Below, one piece after another: positions 45,704 to 56,791 of a stretch of 64,000 bases of DNA (position 1 is its first letter; every line of letters begins with the position of its first letter). This DNA comes from Blastocladiella emersonii ATCC 22665 (taxonomy: Eukaryota; Fungi; Blastocladiomycota), in contig JANHCV010000003.1 in the NCBI GenBank assembly GCA_025594325.1, positions 620,001 to 684,000 on the forward strand, in the 5' to 3' direction. Below the pieces are notes generated by a model that was not told the origin of the DNA, ran no database searches, and worked only from the letters and a program-made list of their open reading frames with translations. Both the position numbers and the translations under genes were made by a program.

Positions 45704-46282
45704 CTAACGCATCGCTCCGCGACAACAATGGTGGTCCGCCCACCAAAGCTCCTCAGTAAGTACGTCCAACTTGGCGAGTCGTTGCGCCAGGTTGACAGAG
45801 TCCCGACGCAAACGACAAAGTTGGCTCTCGAAATCTTTGAGCTTAGCTTTCAGTGATGCTCGAGTACTAGCATTGTCGTTGGTTTTCAGCCGATCCAGGT
45901 CAAGGTCCAAGGAGTCTCGTGTTACCTTGCTGAGGCGTAATCGCGCCAAGTCCGCCTGTAACGAGCTTTTCCCCGCTTCAACGGGGAGATCAAGTCGTTC
46001 ACTGGATTGGCTCCCAACGTCCGATTTTATCTCGGTTGCCAGGCTTGAAATTTCGACCAGCTGAGCCGCGAGGTTCTGCTGCTTGGAGTGCGCTTCGTCA
46101 AACAGCTTGGAACTGCGTGACAGAAACTTGAACTCGAGTGCGAGCTTGCGCTGGCGAAGGCGGCGGATGGAGACAAACTGGCGAGTCGCCGATTGAAAGC
46201 GGACCAGGGGTCGCTGCAAGCGCCGGTTGGCGATTTTGATGGCGGGCGAGCCCTTCTTGCTCGGCTTCTCGCTAGGAATCAT
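45704..46282 (-). CDS. Coiled-coil ORF, repeat unit B
   Basis: ARLRLSKVTRDSLDLDLDRLK...SLKAKLK. Confidence 0.4.
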   Translation of the reverse strand: MIPSEKPSKKGSPAIKIANRRLQRPLVRFQSATRQFVSIRRLRQRKLALEFKFLSRSSKLFDEAHSKQQNLAAQLVEISSLATEIKSDVGSQSSERLDLPVEAGKSSLQADLARLRLSKVTRDSLDLDLDRLKTNDNASTRASLKAKLKDFESQLCRLRRDSVNLAQRLAKLDVLTEELWWADHHCCRGAMR

Positions 46283-46585
46283 TGTAAATATGTTTCTTAA
46301 ATCGACTGTGGGGTTGGTAATGTGATGTGATGTGGGAAAGAAAGCAAAAGGGGGCGCTCAGTGGTGAGAGGAAGCTGGGAGCTGCACTTCAGCAAGTGCG
46401 TCCCGTCGAGCGCGCACATGGACTTGTGTCAAGCGATCCAAACACGGCTCACCGTGGTTTACATGTTGCGCGGATGCATTCCTCAAGAAAAACGCCTCGA
46501 GTCCAAGGAATTCCTCGCTCTCGCTCAAGTGTCGAGTACGTCAACTAGACTTTCTCCTCACAAACCAGTTTCCATGCAAGACGAA

Positions 46586-47191
46586 CTACTCGTCATTGAC
46601 ATGGGCAGCGTTCGCCGCATCGGACAGCTCTTGGTTCAGCGCTTCCAGGTGGGCCCATAGCACATCCACTTCGTTCGATAGTTCCTTGGTGAGCTTGATC
46701 ACATCGGAAACTTGATTGCCCACGATTTGAAGCTTCTGCTGGAGGGCAAGTACGATCGTGTTTGTGCAGGAGCTACGCGTCAGGTACAGATCGTCGTCAA
46801 TGCTGCCAAGCGCGACTTCGCTGAGCCGCAGCCGTGCGCGAGCGATCCGAAGGGACAAATCGCCTAGTTTCGGCAAGAAGTGGGCTTCGTACTGAGGGTG
46901 GCCAAGTATGACTGATTTCGCCGCGTCAATGATGCGCTCATCGGCGGAAAGCGTCTCCAATCTGGGCTCGTTAGTTGCATACGTTGCGCTAAGCACTTTC
47001 GAGAGAGTTTCAAGGAGGCTGCTCAATGCCTGCTGTTCATGGCGGACTCCATGGCGGTGGCGGAGGCGGAGGCGGCGGAGACGGGCGGCCTGTCGCGCGA
47101 CGGGGTGGAAGCGGTGCAAGGGCCGCTGGGATCGCATCTGGGCGCGTTGTGCGTCAGAATGCAGCTTGTCTCGTTGATCGCTATTGATCAT
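46586..47191 (-). CDS. Coiled-coil ORF, repeat unit A
   Basis: ARLRLSEVALGSIDDDLYLTR...ALQQKLQ. True start uncertain. Confidence 0.4.
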   Translation of the reverse strand: MINSDQRDKLHSDAQRAQMRSQRPLHRFHPVARQAARLRRLRLRHRHGVRHEQQALSSLLETLSKVLSATYATNEPRLETLSADERIIDAAKSVILGHPQYEAHFLPKLGDLSLRIARARLRLSEVALGSIDDDLYLTRSSCTNTIVLALQQKLQIVGNQVSDVIKLTKELSNEVDVLWAHLEALNQELSDAANAAHVNDE

Positions 47192-47572
47192 GCTTCATTG
47201 GCTCCATCACGTATGGGGGCGAGACCTCGGTAAGCGCGACGACGAAAAACTAGGCGAAGGGGCACCTCGCAGCGGGTCAGGTGAGATCACCTCGGCAAGC
47301 CAACGAGCGGGACGATCACGCTTTGCCGCCACGAAGGAAGAGCCACACGGCCGGGCGCACAGCGTTTTCGCTCGCGCCGCTCGTCCCCTCTCCGTGCCAA
47401 CCTCGCGCCCCTTCGATCCCGGCGCCCTCCCCTCTTGCACCGACCGCTCCGCCGTCGCTCAAGCGCACCGATCCGGTCCCTTGCTCGACCCGACTGTCCA
47501 AGCACGAGAGCGCGCGCTGCTGCCGTGATCGACCCTGCTTCGCACTCAACAGCAAGAACAACCACAACAACC

Positions 47573-50500
47573 ATGGACGTACGTGGACCGCCCTGACGCC
47601 ACCCGACCCACTTGACCGACCCCTCACCTTCCGCGTCGTGTAGTACACGACCCAGCTCTACCAGCTGCTCTCGGCGTCGGTGACGGGCACCAGCACCGAG
47701 GCGATCCGCGCGGCCACGTCGACGCTCAACAAGCAGTTCTACGGCGACGCGCAGTGCGTGCCCGCGCTGGTCAAGATCGCGGCCGAGGTGCCCGAGGCGC
47801 CGATCCGGCAGCTGGCGGCCGTCGAGGCGCGCAAGCGCGTGTCGCGGTTCTGGTCCGACTGCGGCGCCGAGGTGCAGGCCGGCGTGCGCGCGACGCTGCT
47901 GTCGCGCGTGGCCGTCGAGCCCGAGTCGTCGGCCGCGCACTCGATTGCCCGCGTCATTGCCGTGATCGCGCGGTCCGACGTGTCCGAGGGCAAGTGGCCC
48001 GAGCTCATGCCGACGCTGCTCCAGGCCGGCCAGTCGCCCGAGGTCGCGCACCGCGAGATCGCCGTCTACACCATCTTCTGCATCCTGCAGGCCACGGTCC
48101 TCGAGGACCTCGACGCGTACCTCGCCGACACACTCAACCTGCTCTCGGCCACGCTCAAGGACGAGGCGTCGCGCGCCGTGCGCGTCACCTCGCTCGAGAC
48201 GCTCGGCGAGATTGCCGAGTACCTCGGCCCCGACGACAAGGCCCTCGTGCGCTTCTTCCAGGACCTGCTGCCCAGCATGGTCGTCGTCCTCGAGGACGCC
48301 ATGACCGCCGGCGACGAGTCGGCCGCCGCGCGCGGGTTCGGCGTCTTCGACTCGCTGCTCTCGTCGGACGCGCCCGTCGTCACGGCGCACATGGAGTCGT
48401 TTGTGCAATTTGTCGTGACGGCGTTCGCCAACACGCAGCTGTCGGACGACGTGCGCATGATGGCCGGTAACCTGCTGGTGCTGCTGCCGCTGTACCGCCG
48501 CCAGCGTCTCATCAAGCTCAAGCTGATCGAGCCCGTGCTCAGCCTGGTGCTCCCCGTGACGTGCGAGGAGGACGGCGAGGAGGACGAGGACGACGACAGC
48601 CCCGCGCGCATCGCGCTCAAGTGCATCCACTCGTTTGCCATGAACCTGCCGCCCACCCACGTCTTCCCGCTCATCTCGGCCAGCATCAACCAGTACGCGG
48701 CCGACGCGACCAACCCGCACGCGCGCCGCGCCGCCATGATGTCGCTCACCCTCATCGTCGACGGGTGCACCGACGCGATCCGCCCGCACGCCCCGCACCT
48801 CGTCGACATGGTCCTCGCCCTCATGCAGGACCCCGAGCCGCGCGTCCGCCGCAGCGCCTGCATCGCCATGTCCGCCCTCACCGAGGCGCTCGAGTCGGTC
48901 GTCGAGATGCACGCGCGCATCCTGCCCGCGCTGTTCGGCCTGATGCAGGACCTCGGCAACATGGACGTGCTGCGCAACGCCACCAACGCCCTCGACTCGC
49001 TGCTCGACGGGCTCGGCGACGACATTCTGCCGTACATCAACGACCTCATGACCACGCTGGTCCAGCTGCTCAGCGTCAACGACACCAAGGTGCGCCAGGT
49101 CGTGGCCGCGGCCATCGGGTCCGCGGCCAACGCGGCCGGCCCGCAGTTCGCGCAGTACTTCCCGCACGTGGTGCCGCTCATGCTCGAGCTCATGGCGATC
49201 CGGTCCGAGGACTCGTCCGAGATGCTCCTGCGCGGGATCGCCATCGACACCATGTCGGCCATGGCCGAGGCGGTCGGCGCCGAGGCGTTCCGCCCGTACC
49301 TGCCGCGCGCGACCGAGCTCGCCAACGAGTCCATGAACATGCACGACCAGGCCAAGCTCAAGGAGTGCGCCTTCTGCTTCTTCGGCGTGCTGTCGCGCAC
49401 CTACAAGGGCGAGTTTGCCGCGTTCCTCCCGCAGCTCGTGCCCCAGCTCCTCGCCAGTATCGCGGCCCAGGAGACCTTCTTTGGCGACGACGATGACGAG
49501 GACCTCGGCGTGCACAACCCGGCCGCTGCCGCTGCCGGTGCGTCGGCCAACGGCGCTGCCGCGGGCGCCGGTGAGGAGGACCTCATGTCCGAGGAGGAGG
49601 ACGACGACGAGGACGAGGACGAGGCCATGAAGGTGTCGTCGGCCATCGCCGAGGAGAAGTCGACGGCGCTCGATGTGCTGGCGGACCTGTTCGAGTCGAC
49701 CGAGACCAATTTCCTGCCGTTCCTCGACCAGACCATGGCGGCGTTCCTCGACAACGCCGAGCACTACCACGACGGCGTGCGCAAGTCGCTCGTCCTCGGC
49801 ATGTTCAAGATCCTCGCGACCATGCACTCGCTGTCGAACGCGGCGCCGTGGGTCGCGGGTCTCCCCGCGCAGGTGCCCGTCGACCAGACGGTGTCCGGCA
49901 TGATCGTGGTGGTCATGACGACGATCCTCAAGATGCTCGAGGAGGAGGACGACCGCGTGGTGGCGGCCGAGATCTGCGACTCGCTGCAGGGCGCGCTGCG
50001 CATGATCGGCCCCGCGCTGGTGCAGAACGAGGGCCACCTCGACGCGACGTGCAACCTGGTGATCTCGATCCTCGAGGGCAAGCACCTCGCGCAGCAGGAC
50101 GAGGACGGCGAGGACATGGACGCGGACGAGCTCGCCGAGTACGACGGGATCCTGATCGCGGCGGCCGGCGACGTCGTCGGCGCCCTCGCCAACGCGCTCG
50201 GCCCTGTGACGTTCACGCCGCTGTCGCAGCGGTTCCTGGTGCTCCTCTCCAAGTACTTCAAGCCCAAGTCGGCCGTTTCGGAGCGGTCCATGGCGATCGG
50301 CACGCTCGCCGACATTGCGCTCGGCATGCGCGAGGGCGTCACGCAGTGGCACAAGGACCTCGTCAACCTGTTCACGCGCGCGCTGCAGGACCCCGAGTCG
50401 GAGGTGCGGTCCAACGGCGCGTACGGCCTGGGTCTGGTCGCCGAGCACACGGCGGCCGCATACGACGCGCGCGCGTTCCTTGCGCTGCTCGCGCCCCGCG

Positions 50501-50937
50501 CCGCGGCGTCGGACCTCGAGCAGGAGCGCGACAACGCGTGCGGCGCCATGGCGCGCATCCTCGCCCGCAACGACCAGTGGACGACGCTCGCCGACGTGAT
50601 CCCCGGCGCGCTCCTCGCCAACCTGCCCCTCCGCGCCGATTTCGAGGAGAACAAGCCCGTGGCCGCGCTCCTCGCGCGCATCCAGCAGGCGGCGGCCGCC
50701 GGCGCCGCGCCCGCGGCGACCGAGCTCGTGTCGGCGTACGCGCCGCAGCTCGTCGCGATCGTCGCGCACTACGTGCACCCCGAGCACGCCAACGAGACCA
50801 CGGTCGAGGCGCGCAACGAGCTCGTCGCGGCGCTCCACGCGCTCGGGTCGTCGCCGCTCCAGGCGACCGTCCAGGCCGCCATGGTCCAGCTGTCGCCCGA
50901 CCTCCAGTCGGGTCTGCAGATGGCGCTCGCTCCGTAA
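47573..50937 (+). CDS. KAP123: Importin beta-4 (Kap123/IPO4); join(47573..47578,47644..50937)
   Basis: Micro-exon MD + YTTQLYQLL...IRAATSTLNKQFY, IRQLAAVEARKRV and GKWPELMP. HEAT repeats, acidic loop, and LANLPLRADFEEN. Confidence 0.92.
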
Positions 50938-51371
50938 ACGAAGAACGTGTTCTCCCTCCCCACTCCTACTCCTTAGTAATTGATTGCAGATCCCCCAAAT
51001 TCATTTCATCGTTGGTTCATTCATTTCCGAAAGGCGCTGCGCCACCCGCGAGACACACGCGAAGCGGTCGCGCGATTCACGCGGTTTCGGGCCGCACGTG
51101 ACGGCTCGGGGACGAGCTCGGAAGCGCAGTGGCCCGCGCGCCCGGCCGTCGTGTCCGCCCTCATCCCGCCCGCCCGCCGACCCGTCAGCAACCCGCCGCC
51201 GGCACTGCATGCATCTTGACCGCCAGCACAACGGCTGCCGGATCCGCTGAGCTCACACCGCGACACCTGCGGTCCCGCGAGTGCACTCGACCGACGCGTC
51301 TGTTTACACTTCCACTCTGTCGTTCGACGTGAGGTACTTACCGGTTGCTGCTGGATCCCTGTACCCCGCGA

Positions 51372-54300
51372 ATGCGAGCGCTCACGCCGCCAGCGTCTAG
51401 TCCGCCTCCATCCACCATGTCGCCAATGTGGGGCGGCTCTGCCCCGCCCGACCTCTTCTCGCCCAAGAGCCCGGGGCTTCCGCCACACCCGACGAGCCAG
51501 CAGCCCGGATTCGCTTCCTCGTCGTGGACCACCAACGGGCCGCGCCTGACCGTCCTCGCGCCGCCGCCGGGCTCGGCGTCGCCCGGCCAATCGCTGTGGT
51601 CGCCCGTGCCCTTCTCGCGGTCGACGCACGAGTCGATCCTCGGGCCCTCGTCGTTCCTCGACGACGACTTTTTCCTGCCCGACAACTACGGCACCGACGT
51701 GACCATGCGGGAACCCACCCCGACGCCGGGGGCCGGGTTCCCGACCGCCGAGACCGCCGACCCGCTCAAGCGCCTGCGCAAGACGAGCCTGAGCGCCGCG
51801 TGGGCGGATGTGCAGGGGCACGCTGGGCTGCCGTTCCTCTCCTCCTCATCCTCGTCGTCGGCCAACGCCAACGCGAATGGCCACCACGCGCCCGCGTTCG
51901 GCAGCGGCCTCGCGACGTACTCGGCGCACGCGCCACCAAACTCACACCCGCCCTCGCGCAAGCGCAAGCTGTCGTCGTCGTCGGTCGCCGGCCCGCTGCC
52001 GTGGGGCATCCAGCTGCCGCTGACGCGCCAGCGCAAGCTGTCGTCCGCGACCATCGCGTCGCTGCGCGAGCGCATCGAGCGCGAGGCCCACGTCCACGCG
52101 ATGCGCGGGTCGTCGTTTGGGCCCTCGCTCGGGTCCTCCGACCTCGACTCGCCGTCGTCGCACACGTACCGCGCGCTCTCGCACTCGCCGCCCGCTGCCG
52201 CCGCTCCGCCACCACCGCCCGCGCTGCTCCGCGGCGGCGGGGAGGAGGAGGCAAGGTCGGGCGGTGGAGTCCAGTTCACGGACCCGTCGTCGTTCTTCGA
52301 GCACGTGTTCGACGACCCGCCGCACCAGCCGGCGTCCGCGGGCCCGACCGCGACAACGTTCGCGAACGGGACGGTTGGCGGCGAGGCCGCGCGGCACCAC
52401 CACGAGGCGAGCCCGTCGCCTGAAGCGACCGCGGCGATCCACCCGCTCCTCGCCGGCCTCCCGCTCGTCCCGCCGCTGCGCCCGCTCCCGCGCGGGTCGC
52501 CCGCCATCTTCCTCACCCTCGTCGACGCCGTCCCCGTCTACCTGTGCCTGTGCCCGCTGCCGAACCACGACGCGGGTGGCGAGGAGGGGGAGCACCACCA
52601 GCGCGCTTCGTACGGCGACCCGAAGTCGCCCGGCCGCCCGTCGGCCGCGCCGCACTCGCTACAGCTCGGCGGTTCTGCAGTGCCGCAGCACGTAGTTCCG
52701 GCACCGGCCGCGCGGCCTGCTGCCAAGGCAGCGGCGGTTCTGTCCCCGCCCGCAGCGATCGTGCACCGCGCGCCGCAGCCCGTCGACTCAGTCAAATCCG
52801 TCCGCAAACCGCCTCCGCTCTCGCTGTCGTCGCTCATGACCTCGTCGTCCCCGGGCCCCGGCCCCGCGTCACTCCTCTCCCCGACCGCCGCCCCGCTCAC
52901 CCCGCGCCGCGCGCCCGCGGACCTGCTCCTGATGCGCCGCGCCGACGACTCGCAGTACGTGAACGCGACGGCGCTGCTGCGCGCCGGCGGCGTCGACACG
53001 GAGCGCGAGCGCAGCATGATCCTGTCGCTCGAGCGCGGCCGCGTGCGCGTGCGCGCGCCGCCCGGAACCCCGCGGAATAACGCCGCGGCGACGCTCGAGG
53101 GGACGTGGATCCCTCTGTCCCGCGCCCGCGCGCTCGCCGCGACGTGCGCCCTGGATGTCCGGCTCGACGCGTTTCTCGCCGACGCCCTCCCGCAGTGGTT
53201 CCCACAGCTGCCCGCGTTGCCGGGCGCGGGGGCCGCGGCGGCGGGTGGTGGGGAGGATGCGGCGGCGGGTGCAGCAGCGGCGGCTGCGCCGCTCACGACG
53301 TGGGTCGAGGAGGAGGAGGCGACGATTGCGCCCTCAACGACTCTCCGGCCGAAACTCACGTCGGCCGCGGTCAAGGGCGCGGCGGGCCGCCGCGCGTCGC
53401 TCGGCAGCGAGGCCAGGGCTACATCTGCGGCCGCCGCCGCCGCCGCTGTGAAACCTGCGGGGCCCAAGGCCGGCGCTATGCCAAGGATGGGCTCCGGGTT
53501 CCCGTCCACGACCAGCACCACGCCCAACGCCACCGCCGCCGCTCGGCGCCCCGCCTCCACCACCACCGCACCCGCTCCGCCCGCACGCCAGCCTCTGCGC
53601 CTCGCCTCGTTCCCGCGCCCGCTCAAAGCCGCCGCGTCGCTCGGCGAGCCCGTCCTCGTCGACTCCAAGGGCGCGGTCGTCGGGATCGCCCCGTCCTCGG
53701 AACCCGCGACCGCGACCGTCACTGCCGCCACCATCTCGCCCGCCGCCGCGATCGCTCGCGACCAGCTCAAGAAGCGCAAGCTCGGGCAGCGGCCCAAAGT
53801 CATCGGCGTGCCCAGCGCGCAGTCGTTCTTCTCCGAGGCCCACTCGCGCCGCGCCGCCGCTGCCGCCTCGGGGCAAAGGGCGGCGGGGCCGAAGCGTGGT
53901 GCGATGTCGGGTGGACGCGGCGGGCGTGCTGCTGCTGCTGCGGCGAATGGAACGCAGCGCGCGGATGGCGGTGCGGTGTCGGCGACGGACGTCGACGCGA
54001 CCGAGGACGAGTCGTCGGTCGCGTCGTCGAGCAGCTCGAGCAGCAGCAGCAGCGAGACGGAGCACGACGGTGCGTCGTCAGCGACCGAAACCGAGGACGA
54101 CGAGGACGAGCCCGCGCCCACGCCAAAACCCTCTGCTCCGGCGGCCCCGGCCGCCGCAGCCGTCGTCCCGCGCGTGTTCCAGCGCGCTCCCGCCCCGCTC
54201 GCCCCCGCATCCTCGCCGCCGCTCCCCGTTGCCGTGATCGCGGCCGCCGTTGACGATGAGGCCACGGACTCGGACAGCGGGACCGAGTCGGAGCACGAGG

Positions 54301-54989
54301 CGGCCCCAGCGGCCGCGGTGGTGGTCGCGCCGATCAAGGTCGGCCCGCTCGTCGTGGGTCCGTTCCCTGTCGTCCAGCCGCAGGCAGTGCCCGCGCCTGT
54401 CGTGGGGACGAAGCGGAGCCGCGCCACGGCGGCGACTAAGGCGCGGGCGGCGCCCAAGGCGGCCGCGGCGAGTGCTGCGCCCAAGGCGAGGAAGAAGGCC
54501 GCACCTGCCGCGGCGCCAGCTGCTGCTGCACCTCCGGCACCGGCCAAACCGCCCGCTCGCTCGCGTGCGCGGCAGCCCGCGGCACGGCCAGCGGCCGCGC
54601 GCGCGTCGACGGGCGACACGACGGACGACGACGACGCGGATGACGACGAGCAGCCGCCTGCTGCGCCCGCGCCCAAGAAGCGGCGCGCAGCGCCTGCAAA
54701 GCCTGCCGTCCCGACGCCACCGCCAGCGGGCCCGATCCCGCCCGTCGCGGCGAACGGCGTCAAGCGCGCGACAGCTGCTGCGGCGCCCAAGAAGGCGGCG
54801 GCAGCAACAGCGAAACCTGCAGTGCCGCGGACGACCAAGGCAAGGGCGGCGGTCCCGACGGTTCCGCTCCCGCCACCACAACCGGTTGCAGCGGTGCCAA
54901 GGCCGGCGATGCCGGTGCCGAACGGGTTCGGCCGTGGAGGAGGCGGTGGGAGTTCGACCGAGTCGGATTCGGAGACGGAGAGTGAGTGA
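51372..54989 (+). CDS. KilA-N/APSES-domain protein embedded in long low-complexity sequence
   Basis: LMRRADDSQYVNATALLRAGG.....RSMILSLE...LEGTWIPLSRARALA...ALD..L..FL....PQWFP is a KilA-N domain. Start uncertain. Confidence 0.8.
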   Translation: MRALTPPASSPPPSTMSPMWGGSAPPDLFSPKSPGLPPHPTSQQPGFASSSWTTNGPRLTVLAPPPGSASPGQSLWSPVPFSRSTHESILGPSSFLDDDFFLPDNYGTDVTMREPTPTPGAGFPTAETADPLKRLRKTSLSAAWADVQGHAGLPFLSSSSSSSANANANGHHAPAFGSGLATYSAHAPPNSHPPSRKRKLSSSSVAGPLPWGIQLPLTRQRKLSSATIASLRERIEREAHVHAMRGSSFGPSLGSSDLDSPSSHTYRALSHSPPAAAAPPPPPALLRGGGEEEARSGGGVQFTDPSSFFEHVFDDPPHQPASAGPTATTFANGTVGGEAARHHHEASPSPEATAAIHPLLAGLPLVPPLRPLPRGSPAIFLTLVDAVPVYLCLCPLPNHDAGGEEGEHHQRASYGDPKSPGRPSAAPHSLQLGGSAVPQHVVPAPAARPAAKAAAVLSPPAAIVHRAPQPVDSVKSVRKPPPLSLSSLMTSSSPGPGPASLLSPTAAPLTPRRAPADLLLMRRADDSQYVNATALLRAGGVDTERERSMILSLERGRVRVRAPPGTPRNNAAATLEGTWIPLSRARALAATCALDVRLDAFLADALPQWFPQLPALPGAGAAAAGGGEDAAAGAAAAAAPLTTWVEEEEATIAPSTTLRPKLTSAAVKGAAGRRASLGSEARATSAAAAAAAVKPAGPKAGAMPRMGSGFPSTTSTTPNATAAARRPASTTTAPAPPARQPLRLASFPRPLKAAASLGEPVLVDSKGAVVGIAPSSEPATATVTAATISPAAAIARDQLKKRKLGQRPKVIGVPSAQSFFSEAHSRRAAAAASGQRAAGPKRGAMSGGRGGRAAAAAANGTQRADGGAVSATDVDATEDESSVASSSSSSSSSSETEHDGASSATETEDDEDEPAPTPKPSAPAAPAAAAVVPRVFQRAPAPLAPASSPPLPVAVIAAAVDDEATDSDSGTESEHEAAPAAAVVVAPIKVGPLVVGPFPVVQPQAVPAPVVGTKRSRATAATKARAAPKAAAASAAPKARKKAAPAAAPAAAAPPAPAKPPARSRARQPAARPAAARASTGDTTDDDDADDDEQPPAAPAPKKRRAAPAKPAVPTPPPAGPIPPVAANGVKRATAAAAPKKAAAATAKPAVPRTTKARAAVPTVPLPPPQPVAAVPRPAMPVPNGFGRGGGGGSSTESDSETESE

Positions 54990-56791
54990 GTGAAGAGTGA
55001 GTGAGGATGAGAGTATATATTTGACCCGTAGTGTTCATCTCCTTTTACCCTCCTTGGTTTCTGCAGCTGTTAGAGGAGAGGTTGCTGCTGGGGCGCTGCC
55101 GCGAGTCGGTCGACGCCGGAAGCCCCCAAGACCAAAGCAAGGCGAAGCGGCGACGCGTTGCGCCACAGCGAGACACGCGCGCGAGACTGCGAGACGGTCA
55201 GCTGACCGGGTCACCTGTTTTCGCAGCGCGTCGACATGTTCAGTTTCGGCGACGTGAAGCGGCTCTGCAAGTCCTCGGGATGGAGTCGAGTGCGAACGTG
55301 TGGGTTTCGTGTTATGCTCGGAGGAGAGAAGCGCGCAAGGACAACCGTGTTCGCGGCCGGTCGGTCCCAGCTCGTTGGTTGCGACATCAAGCGAGTTTCG
55401 TGCGCTGCAGGGTTGCAAGCGATCACTGGAGGTGAAAGTACTCGATATGCTGCTCGTAAGTGGTGTTACTGTGCAACGCGACGTTGACGAGACCATGCGG
55501 GCAGGCATTGACGAGCTCATGCGGGCAGGCGTACGTTACTCGTCAGGACGGCGATGAACGGCGGGTCTCACCGTGTCGCTTTGCGGGCAGTTTAGGCGAA
55601 GCTGCGGGCAGGGCGCCGCGATGTGCCGGTAGAGAAGCGGATCGATGACACAGCAGAAGGTGCGGGAGGTCGCCGTGGACGTCGCGCGACTCTGAAGCGA
55701 TGACCCGTCCGGGCCCGCCAAGTTGCGAGGTCGGCCAGGAACGCAAGAGACGCGTCGACGCGTGCCCTGCGTCGCCTGATCCGACATGAAGAAGGCAGTA
55801 CAGTACATGAGCATGAGCATGAGCATCCATGGGCACGAGCGGGGAGCGGCGCGGAGGAGAGGGAGGGAGGGAGAACGCCTCCCGCGCGTCCGTGCGTGTT
55901 CGAGGAGGGAGAGCGAGCTGGCGAGCGAGATTAATGGTCTCGAATCCCGCGACCTCGGCACTCCCGTGCGATCCCCCTGCCACCGGGCCCTCCGGCAACA
56001 TATTGCAATAGCGCGCGGGCGGATCGGCCCATCTCGACGCGCTCTCACGCCCCGCAGTTGCGCGCTGCGAGTGTTGGCGGTGAAGCGGCTGGGGCCGCCT
56101 GTGCTCCTCCTCGCTGCTCCCTGCTGCTCCTCCCCCCTCGACAAACATAGCCGCAACTCTACGCCCGCCCCCGCAACGGGCCCCACGCAGCACTACGCGA
56201 CGCGCCGAACCTTGTGCTGGGCGCGACCGCGGCTCTCGCAACTCGCTGCAACGTGCCGGGCTGCTGCTGCAACCCTCCCCTGCGCACCGTCCGCGCCCCC
56301 TGTTGCTCGCCCGCCCCCCGCACACGCCCACGGCTCCTGCGCGCGGCCTCGTCCCAACGCACACGGTGCCTGCGCTCCACCTGCTGCTGCTCGCGCGCGC
56401 CTGCCTTCCTGCATCGGCAACGGGGCCCAGCACGCGCCGCCGCCGCCGCCCGCCGCACCTGTGGTGGCGTGGATCGACTCGCTCGCCCCTCGGCCTGCGC
56501 TCCATCGCCGCCCCTACGCCAACCAATTCGGCGTTCTCTCGGCCGGATCGCGTGCGCTGCTGTCTCGTCCGACCCTCGGCTGCACTACACGCGTGTGTGT
56601 GTGTGTGGGTGACGACGACGACGACGACCGACAGCGCTCCTGTCGCCGTCCGTCGTCCCGCTGTCCCCGTCGTACCTGATCCACGCCGCGATCCCTCCCC
56701 GGCTGGCGTCGCCGCACACTCTGCCCGCTCGCCCGGGCCCGTGCTGCCGTCGCCGCTGCTGCAGCTGCAGTGACCCGTCGCCGCCGCCGCT

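Noticed and set aside
47287-50838. 1183-aa minus-strand ORF
   Set aside because: Antisense shadow of KAP123, expected from GC3-biased codons; no domain content.
52538-54838. 766-aa minus-strand ORF
   Set aside because: Antisense shadow of the low-complexity KilA-N gene.
55000-56790. Long gap with (GT)n and (GAC)n microsatellites and many short ORFs
   Set aside because: Consistent with the upstream regulatory region or 5' UTR of the RapGAP gene; no coding, RNA-gene or element signature seen.
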